A stretch of DNA of 33,103 nt from an uncultured Victivallales bacterium (lineage in GTDB: Bacteria; Verrucomicrobiota; Lentisphaeria; Victivallales; UBA1829): positions 1,922-35,024 of the forward strand of contig CAZHPP010000002.1 of the NCBI GenBank assembly GCA_964534535.1, in the 5' to 3' direction. Within the stretch, counting starts at the first letter, position 1; each line of letters starts with the position of its first letter. The translations under genes and the position numbers were made by a program. The notes below the pieces were generated by a model. That model searched no databases. It saw only the letters and a program-made list of their open reading frames with translations, and was not told the origin of the DNA. Below, piece by piece: positions 26,677 to 33,103 of the stretch.

Positions 26677-26699
26677 GTTTTAAAGAAAAAAGTATACAG
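26668..26699. promoter_or_regulatory. 7-bp inverted repeat CTGTATA-N18-TATACAG overlapping the -10 box (possible GntR-type operator)
   Basis: CTGTATA at 26668-26674 and TATACAG at 26693-26699. The right arm contains the palindrome GTATAC, and GT..AC cores are typical of GntR-family operators. Confidence 0.3.
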
Positions 26700-26704
26700 G
26701 TTTA

Positions 26705-27736
26705 ATGATGCCGACCGGTTATAAAAAAATTGCGGATATGATTGAGGCCGAAATCGCCGCCGGAATAATCGCCCCCGGAACCAGGATGCCGTCACGCCGG
26801 GAAATCGGTGTGAAATATTCCGTGAGCGGCGTCACTGCGTACCGTGCGCAGCGCGAACTTTACCGCCGCAATCTGGTGCAGTGCAATCAGGCGCTTGGAG
26901 TCGAGGTGTTCGGTCCGTTTCTTCCTTCGAATGCTTCCTGTGAAGGTGCGAAGCTCAAAAAGATTATCTTTGTCAGCAATTCTGTAAGCACTGCGCCGGA
27001 TTCCCGGATTGACGCGGTGCGCCGGCTTTCGCTGGCGCGCGGCTTGGAGTTCAATGTGATATTCGGAGAGGACGTCCTGCCGACGCGCATGGGAGAGGTT
27101 TATAAGACCGATACTCCGGATACGGGGTATGTCATTGTTTATCAGAACGGGGGAAAATATCCGCGGCTCAGTCAACTGCTGGCGTTGGCGCCGGGTGCGC
27201 ATACCGTGATGATGGGAGCGGTGTTTCCGTATTCGCATTCCGTCGTCTATGACGTCCGGCGCGGGATGGCTGAGATCGTGGCGTTTGTCCGGTCCAGGGG
27301 AAAGCGGCGGGTGCTCTACACCGATCATTTTTACCTTCTCGGCAGTTACAACAACGCGGCGCGACGTCTCGGATGCGAGGAGGCGTGCGAAAAATTTGGG
27401 ATGGCGTTTTCGCTGGTCGATCATGCCGATTACGCTGGTATTTTGAACGCGGTGCGTTCGTCCGCGCCGCCGGATGCGATCATTTGTTCGCAGGACGCGG
27501 TGGCGATGAGGATCTTTCAGCTGTTCGAATCCGAGGGCGTCCCCGCTGCGTCCCGCCCGATGCTGACCGGTTTTGACGGCGAGTCGCTGATCGGAGTCCC
27601 TCCGAATCTGACGACGTACGAATGCGATCCGGTGCCGCTGGCGGAAAAAGCGTTTGAGATTCTGCTGACCCGTCCGCGGCAACCGGCGATTTACGATACG
27701 GTTCTGATTCACGGCAGGCTTGTGAAGGGAAGATAA
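26705..27736 (+). CDS. Transcriptional regulator, GntR-type winged HTH fused to a LacI/PBP-type sugar-binding domain
   Basis: [53 protein letters not shown] (GntR HTH). C-terminal [34 protein letters not shown] (LacI-type effector domain pattern). Confidence 0.8.
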   Translation: MMPTGYKKIADMIEAEIAAGIIAPGTRMPSRREIGVKYSVSGVTAYRAQRELYRRNLVQCNQALGVEVFGPFLPSNASCEGAKLKKIIFVSNSVSTAPDSRIDAVRRLSLARGLEFNVIFGEDVLPTRMGEVYKTDTPDTGYVIVYQNGGKYPRLSQLLALAPGAHTVMMGAVFPYSHSVVYDVRRGMAEIVAFVRSRGKRRVLYTDHFYLLGSYNNAARRLGCEEACEKFGMAFSLVDHADYAGILNAVRSSAPPDAIICSQDAVAMRIFQLFESEGVPAASRPMLTGFDGESLIGVPPNLTTYECDPVPLAEKAFEILLTRPRQPAIYDTVLIHGRLVKGR

Positions 27737-27980
27737 CCCAACGGAAAGGAAAAACATGAATACTGCGAATGAAAATCACGGGATCGTCGGGCATTCCGCA
27801 ACAATCGAATTTTTCAGCGTTGATCGCAGGACCGTCCGGCAACGGAACGACGTCGGAACGTGGCGGAATGGTTCGTTGAAGTCCCGCGCATGCCTTTCGT
27901 CCGCATTCGGTGCCCGCCCGCGTTTGCACGGCTTCGGACATTTTGTTTTCCGGCGGTCCGTGGAGATTGGAAAATACGGA

Positions 27981-28700
27981 ATGCCCCGTTTTACATTGAT
28001 CGAACTTCTGATCGTGATAGCAATCATCGCGATCTTGGCCGGAATGCTGCTGCCCGCTCTCGGCAAGGCGCGTGCCACGTCCAAAGGAGTCGTCTGCGTC
28101 AATAATCTTGCGCAACTCGGAAAAGTCCATGTGCTTTACATCGGAGACAATCAGGATTATTTTCCCTGGGTCGAGAAATATTCCATATCCTACCTCTATC
28201 AGAGAAGCACCAATCCGCTTGCTCCTTATCTGAGCTGGCCGAAATACCAGTCCAATGTTTTTATGGGCGGCGTTTATAAAAGCAACTCGGGGGAACTCAC
28301 CGTCGGCATGCTGACCTGTCCGGAAGTGTCGGAGAAAAATCTTTATCTCACCCGACATGGAAATTTGGTGAATGTGCCGGAGGTGTTCGGTTCCATCTTT
28401 TACTCGCTGGCGATCAACAACTACATACGGTATGGCGGTTATCCGGTCAAACTGTCGGCCGTCCGCCGTCCCGCGGTACTGGTTCATTATGCGGACGGCG
28501 GCGGCAAGGGGTTCGTCCGCTGCAACAGCACATGGAATCCTGCGGACGGACACAATGACGGCAATGTACCGGCGCGGCACAACGGCAGTGCGAAATTCCT
28601 GTTCGCGGACAGTCATGTCACGTCATTCAATTTTGAACAGATTCCCGGCTCCCGCAACGGACACCCGTATTCAAGCCCGACCTGGCTGCCGAATTTATGA
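27981..28700 (+). CDS. Pseudopilin-like protein with a prepilin-type N-terminal segment and an H-X9-DG-type C-terminus (DUF1559 family)
   Basis: [47 protein letters not shown] and C-terminal [15 protein letters not shown]. The ORF opens at 27756, but ATG 27981 gives the family-typical start. Confidence 0.85.
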   Translation: MPRFTLIELLIVIAIIAILAGMLLPALGKARATSKGVVCVNNLAQLGKVHVLYIGDNQDYFPWVEKYSISYLYQRSTNPLAPYLSWPKYQSNVFMGGVYKSNSGELTVGMLTCPEVSEKNLYLTRHGNLVNVPEVFGSIFYSLAINNYIRYGGYPVKLSAVRRPAVLVHYADGGGKGFVRCNSTWNPADGHNDGNVPARHNGSAKFLFADSHVTSFNFEQIPGSRNGHPYSSPTWLPNL

Positions 28701-28791
28701 CAGCGGGATTTTTTTTCACGGCGCGTAATATTGTTCCTGAAATCATCACCCGTTCAACCTGAAAATGTCAAATTCAGATCCGGAGGGAAAA

Positions 28792-31700
28792 ATGTTTGAA
28801 TTGTTTCATCGGCGTACACTGAAAACGAACAGGATGCTCTATCGAACGCTTTGGAAAACGGCGCTGCTGCCGCTTCTGCTGTCCGTGTGCTGTGCCCCGC
28901 TTCTCCACGGTGCGGAACCGCTGCCCGTGTTGTTGCTCGGCCACGGTTCCGATACCTGGAAGGCGGGGAAAATTCTTGCGGATCACCGCATCGTCTCAAA
29001 AACAATGCCGAACTGGCCGTCCCCGGATATCTATTCCGCATATTCCGTTGTCTATATCGGAGACAGCCTCCAGGAAATCACGAAGGACGCCTGGTCGGAA
29101 AAAACGCTGACGCAAGTTGCGGCGTTCGTGGAAAACGGCGGGACGCTTATTTTTTCCGGCGACACCGCGTTTCAACTTGCGGGAGGGAAAAAACAGCTGC
29201 CCGCCGGTTTCGCGGAACTCCTCGGGTTCGGCTGTTTCGTCGATCTCAAGCCGGAGCGCATCACCGGCACGCAGATTCCCTGCGGCGTTTTGTCCGGAAC
29301 TGCGATTCCCGGAGCGAAAAATACCGGGTGGACGCGTCATGCCACATTGGGGGCGGATCGTCTTTCGAGCGGAAAAGCAATCGCTTTCTTCAACGACGGC
29401 GGCAGACGGATTGCGGCGGCCACGGAAAATCAATATGGCAAGGGCAGGGTTTATTTTATCGCGCCAACGTTGCACCGGGTGGCCGGAAATGGAGAAATTC
29501 CTCTGGGAAATCCGGACCGAAACGGGAAATGGGTTCTCAACGAACAGGGACGGAGTTCGGAAATCTTATTCTGTTTTTTTCTGTCGCTTGTTGAAAAAAA
29601 CGCCGCCATTCGGCGTTCTCCCGCGCAACTCCCCGTTCTGGTCTCCGGCGGAGATTCGGCGAAAATCGAATTATCCGCGCTGAAACAGGGACGGGTCGCA
29701 TTTCAGGTGTCGTTCGGATGGGTGCCCGTGTCGGAATATAAAAAATATGCGCTCGTCTACCTCGGAGAAACATTCCATTATGAAAAGAAAAATCACTCGT
29801 GGCTCGCTCCCGACGATTTGAAAACGGTGCGCGAATATTTGGAAAACGGCGGAGTGATTGTGACGAGTGGGGGAATTCCCCGGGAACTTTCCGCTGAAAA
29901 AGACGACATGGGAACGCTCGCTCCGCTTTTTGGTTTCGCAGGTCTGCCCCACGTGAAGAACAGTACACTCGGAGATTTTATTTTCACGTCCGGAGAATTG
30001 CGAAAAAAAGCCTTGATTGAATCGGCGATTCAGGATTGGCGCGACTATGTGTTTGTGCTGCCGCGAAATATTACCACCGCGCAGGTTCTCGGCGAATTTC
30101 AGACCGCGTCCGGCAATGTGCCGGCGCTGACCGTCAACCGCGTCGGACGGGGACGGGTTTACTGGCTCCCGACCAACCCGTACAAACTGCTGGCCAAATG
30201 GCGGAACGGGCTCGGAGAACCGAATGAAAACGGCGTTTTCATCTTGAATAAGCGCGGCCGCGCCGCCGACGATCTTCAACGCTTGTTCGTCTATTTGTTC
30301 AGCACACCGGAAAATGTCGCCCCGAAAAAAGAGTTTCCGGAGAAAAAACAGTGGGGGCTGATTCCGCTCGGCGCTCCCGGCAATCTGCCGTCGCCGAGCG
30401 CATTCCGGAATCCCGTCGTTTACAAAAAGCCCGTGACTCCTCCCGATGCGTTTCCCTTGAGTGAAAATGGCGTCGCCCGGGCGGTGATTGTCGCTCCGGC
30501 TGATGGACGGCTGGACCATTTGGCGGCAGATCTGCGGGATGGTCTGCGGGCAATCACCGGCGGACAATTTCCCGTCGTCCGCACCGTTCCGGAAAAGACC
30601 AATGCCATTGTGCTGTTCGATGAGAACAACGCGAAGGACTTTTCCATTGACTTGGACGGCGCCGGTCCGGATACGGCGATCGCCCGGACCGCGGGACAAA
30701 CGCTGCTGATCGGCGGCAAGGGACTTGGCGGCAGGCTGGCGCTTTCTTATTTTTTTGAAAAACTCGGATGCCGTCGCTTGTGGCCGGGACGATCCGGCCG
30801 GGTTGTGCCGCGGCGTCCGACGCTTGCCGCGCCGCGGCTTGCGCTTCGCTCCGTCCCGGCGCTTTCCTCCCGCTGCATTCGTTTCGGGCGGATTCTGTCG
30901 CCGTCGTTCATCCGGGGCGCAGCGCATGCCGGCGTGGATTTAAAACAGTACGCAGCGAGCGTTCAGGAGGAGGAAAAGGAGTTTTTCCGTTGGCACGGAA
31001 TCGTTCCCATCGGGGAGCAGAGGAAGGATTTTGTGTGGGGAATCAGCTTCAACAAACAGAATAACATTTATACGAGATGCGGAAAAACCCATCCGGAATA
31101 TTTTGCTCTGCAGAGCGACGGCAGCCGTTCGCAGGACGCCAGTCCCGGACGTTACCGTCTCTGCCACAGCAATCCCGGGGTGATTCGGCAGGTTGCCGCG
31201 GACTGCATCGCGGCACTCAAAGCGAAACCGGGGGCTAAGGTGGTCTGCATTCCGCTCACGGACGGGGGACAGCCGACCTTCTGCATGTGCGCCGAATGCC
31301 GCAAGCTTGATCCCGTCAACGCCGAACCGCGGAAAATCCCATTCACGATTTATATGACTTGCCAGCCGATGAATTACGTCGCTCTCACCGATCGCGTGCT
31401 TGCTTTTTCCAACGCAGTCGCCGGAATTGTCAATGCCGAATATCCGGATGTCAAACTTTATATGTACTGTTACAGCCATTATTCGCCCGCTCCGGTGAAA
31501 GTCAAACCGCATCCCGCGTTGTTTCCCCTCCTCGCAACTATGGAATACACCTCCGCGGCGGAGCGCTGCGAGGGATTGCGCCACATGATGAAATACGCGT
31601 CGTTTCCGTCGCACTATATTTGGGGAACTTGCGCCATATGGGGATTCAAGGACACGCTCGCGCCGCAGAACTTTGCACGCAATATATTCGAGGATATGGA

Positions 31701-32253
31701 GGCGTTCAAAGCCAATTCGGTCGTTATGACCGATTTTGACGCCTTCGAATCCCATTGGGCGTTCAAGACTCTGGTTTATTACGCCGTCATCAAGTCGCAG
31801 TGGAATCCCGATCGGCTTGACTATGAGGCCGTATTCCATGATTTCTGCGAGCGGGGGTTTGGCGCGGCCGCTCCCAGGGTGCGCGAATTTTTCTCGCTTC
31901 TTGAAGCAACCATGGAGGCCGCCGCCCGGGCGAACGGCGGGCGGGGAGGCGATTATCACGATTTCTTCGATGAAAAAGTCATCGCGTCCCTGCGGAATAT
32001 TCTTGCGGAGGCGCGCCGGGATGCCCAAGGCGATTCCGAGGTGACCGCCCGTCTCGATTTTCTTTCCATCGGAGTGGACGGCGGCGAGTTGACCCGGAAA
32101 CTTTTTGTCGCCCGGAAAGAGGGCAGATCCGCCGAATACGCCGGTTTGCTGACGGAATTCCGGAACTTCATTGCCCGCACCGCGGCCCGGGACCCCTTTG
32201 CACTTGGACCGGAATATGCCGGCACATACAGCCGTTTTTTGACCGCCTACTGA
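28792..32253 (+). CDS. Large exported protein: two tandem ~236-aa N-terminal domains + DUF4838-like putative glycoside-hydrolase region
   Basis: Signal-peptide-like LYRTLWKTALLPLLLSVCCAPLLHGAEP. The C-terminal part has ARAVIVAP...LRAITGGQFPVV, FFEKLGCRRLWPG and YRLCHSNPGV...CMCAECRKLDP, typical of DUF4838. GGAGG lies 5 nt before ATG 28792; alternative starts are 28765 and 28834. Confidence 0.75.
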   Translation: MFELFHRRTLKTNRMLYRTLWKTALLPLLLSVCCAPLLHGAEPLPVLLLGHGSDTWKAGKILADHRIVSKTMPNWPSPDIYSAYSVVYIGDSLQEITKDAWSEKTLTQVAAFVENGGTLIFSGDTAFQLAGGKKQLPAGFAELLGFGCFVDLKPERITGTQIPCGVLSGTAIPGAKNTGWTRHATLGADRLSSGKAIAFFNDGGRRIAAATENQYGKGRVYFIAPTLHRVAGNGEIPLGNPDRNGKWVLNEQGRSSEILFCFFLSLVEKNAAIRRSPAQLPVLVSGGDSAKIELSALKQGRVAFQVSFGWVPVSEYKKYALVYLGETFHYEKKNHSWLAPDDLKTVREYLENGGVIVTSGGIPRELSAEKDDMGTLAPLFGFAGLPHVKNSTLGDFIFTSGELRKKALIESAIQDWRDYVFVLPRNITTAQVLGEFQTASGNVPALTVNRVGRGRVYWLPTNPYKLLAKWRNGLGEPNENGVFILNKRGRAADDLQRLFVYLFSTPENVAPKKEFPEKKQWGLIPLGAPGNLPSPSAFRNPVVYKKPVTPPDAFPLSENGVARAVIVAPADGRLDHLAADLRDGLRAITGGQFPVVRTVPEKTNAIVLFDENNAKDFSIDLDGAGPDTAIARTAGQTLLIGGKGLGGRLALSYFFEKLGCRRLWPGRSGRVVPRRPTLAAPRLALRSVPALSSRCIRFGRILSPSFIRGAAHAGVDLKQYAASVQEEEKEFFRWHGIVPIGEQRKDFVWGISFNKQNNIYTRCGKTHPEYFALQSDGSRSQDASPGRYRLCHSNPGVIRQVAADCIAALKAKPGAKVVCIPLTDGGQPTFCMCAECRKLDPVNAEPRKIPFTIYMTCQPMNYVALTDRVLAFSNAVAGIVNAEYPDVKLYMYCYSHYSPAPVKVKPHPALFPLLATMEYTSAAERCEGLRHMMKYASFPSHYIWGTCAIWGFKDTLAPQNFARNIFEDMEAFKANSVVMTDFDAFESHWAFKTLVYYAVIKSQWNPDRLDYEAVFHDFCERGFGAAAPRVREFFSLLEATMEAAARANGGRGGDYHDFFDEKVIASLRNILAEARRDAQGDSEVTARLDFLSIGVDGGELTRKLFVARKEGRSAEYAGLLTEFRNFIARTAARDPFALGPEYAGTYSRFLTAY

Positions 32254-32260
32254 AATCCCG

Positions 32261-32300
32261 GCCGCCGGAGCGGCATGCCCGCCGCCCGCCTTCCGGCGGC
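32261..32300 (+). terminator. GC-rich stem-loop just after the large gene (no U-tract)
   Basis: GCCGCCGGA (32261-32269) pairs with TCCGGCGGC (32292-32300). The loop contains a nested GCGGC/GCCGC pair. It starts 8 nt after the stop codon and has no T-run, so it is not a canonical intrinsic terminator. Confidence 0.3.
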
Positions 32301-32479
32301 GCGGACGGGTAATCCGTGCGGCGCGTGACGATGTCCCGTATGAATGAAAGAAATATTTACTTGAAATCGCAAATTTGTGATGCTGTTTTCAAGGTGTCAG
32401 TAATCGCAGGAAATCCGACTGAAAAAACTTGATTTGGAAATTTTCACCAACCAAAGGCGGGCTTTGAAAGATTGTGTTT

Positions 32480-33103
32480 TTCAAGTTCTGCACTTTAAAA
32501 AGTCATGATGTTTTTTCTCCGACGGAGCTTATGCTGTGTTTTATGCCGCGCGATCCATGTCGGTGCTCCACTTCTCTCGTCAGAGCGCCTTTGATGGCTC
32601 ATGTTGGCTTTATGCCACGGTCAGCGGCAGTCCCGGCAATGCCTGCTTCCTGTGCTCCTTCCGTTCCTCCATGTCAAGATATCCGGTGCCCTCCTGCCAA
32701 ATCCTGAATGATTCCATCCATCCTCACCTTCTCATATCGCGCATCCAGGATCAGGTATGGACAGGCGTCTTCCAGCCGACGCGATACAAATTTCTTCAGG
32801 GAATCGTCCAGCTTCTTGTCAGGGCGCGGATCGCTGATGCTGAAAAACTTGTTCCGCACAACTCCTCTGTCACAGAAACCACCTTTCGAGTGGAAACGCA
32901 ATGCCTTTTCATTCCTTTGATAGCGCAAAAATCTCTGTTTTGAATCCGCCGTTCCTTTCCTGCGGCACACGCAGCGTAATGGCGCCTGCACGCGTATACA
33001 GAAAGCGGCTGTAATACCCGGCTCGATATCCCCTGCGCTCTCCTGTATGCTCATAAGCATCCGCATTCAGGTCATTGCTCATCTCCGCATTCATGATCTC
33101 CCG
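32480..33103 (-). pseudogene. IS256-family (Mutator-type) transposase, N-terminus outside the window, at least two frameshifts and 3' truncation
   Basis: The minus strand reads REIMNAEMSNDLNADAYEHTGERRGYRAGYYSRFLYTRAGAITLRVPQERNGGFKTEIF / RYQRNEKAL...CPYLILDARYEKVRMDGII, the conserved IS256 transposase N-terminal third. The frame breaks near 32920 and 32690. A full-length gene would run into the large + strand gene, so the 3' part is deleted. Lower boundary approximate. Confidence 0.75.

Noticed and set aside
25946-26683. 245-aa + strand ORF in the IS debris zone
   Set aside because: It is a chimera of non-coding-looking homopolymer-rich sequence and the YREK relic of an IS4/IS5-type transposase. 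It has no plausible start context. It is treated as a relic, not a gene.
26792-28616. Long minus-strand ORFs (26792..27757, 321 aa; 27480..28616, 378 aa)
   Set aside because: They are antisense to the GntR/LacI-type regulator and the DUF1559 gene, which carry clear family motifs. The translations are Arg/Pro/Gly-rich, typical of spurious open frames in GC-rich DNA.
29671-32028. Long minus-strand ORFs (29671..30927, 418 aa; 30940..32028, 362 aa) and same-strand alternative-frame ORFs (28851..29594, 29117..29683)
   Set aside because: All lie inside the 1150-aa + strand gene, whose frame shows a signal peptide, an internal domain repeat and DUF4838-like motifs. The alternatives are low-complexity Arg/Gly/Pro-rich translations.
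1-33103. Search for CRISPR arrays, tRNA/rRNA genes and long direct DNA repeats
   Set aside because: No spaced short direct repeats, no cloverleaf-like or rRNA-like segments, and no long identical DNA repeats were seen. The duplicated module is too diverged at nucleotide level to count as a DNA repeat.

Overview
The 33.1-kb window is almost entirely coding on the + strand and falls into four parts.

(1) 1-25503 is one long co-directional surface-polysaccharide (O-antigen/EPS-type) biosynthesis array. It holds four GT2 and three GT4 glycosyltransferases, a DUF1972-type GT split into two ORFs, a Caps_synth-like protein and one unclassified GT-like protein. It also holds four AT3 acyltransferases, a Wzy-like polytopic membrane protein, a two-domain HAD-like protein and a pair of predicted kinases, with rfbB-rfbA-rfbC-rfbD (dTDP-L-rhamnose) at the 3' end. 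Twelve gene junctions are ATGA start/stop overlaps. A WbsX-like + acyltransferase module occurs twice in tandem: copy 1 is truncated and copy 2 is markedly AT-rich. A 40-codon GT2 N-terminal relic and an IS3 OrfA fragment sit at the junctions, which looks like an arrested cassette replacement.

(2) 25504-26704 is IS debris: an IS3 OrfB relic, and an IS4/IS5-type C-terminal relic with an exact YREK signature.

(3) 26705-32253 is a higher-GC unit. It encodes a GntR-HTH/LacI-type sugar-binding regulator, a DUF1559/H-X9-DG pseudopilin-like protein, and an exported ~1150-aa DUF4838-like protein carrying a ~236-aa tandem domain duplication.

(4) 32480-33103 is a decayed IS256-family transposase on the - strand.

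I saw no rRNA, tRNA or CRISPR array. The pseudopilin-like family and overall gene style suggest a PVC-superphylum genome (Lentisphaerota/Verrucomicrobiota/Planctomycetota-like); this is inference only. All domain calls come from motifs read by eye, without HMM or BLAST confirmation.
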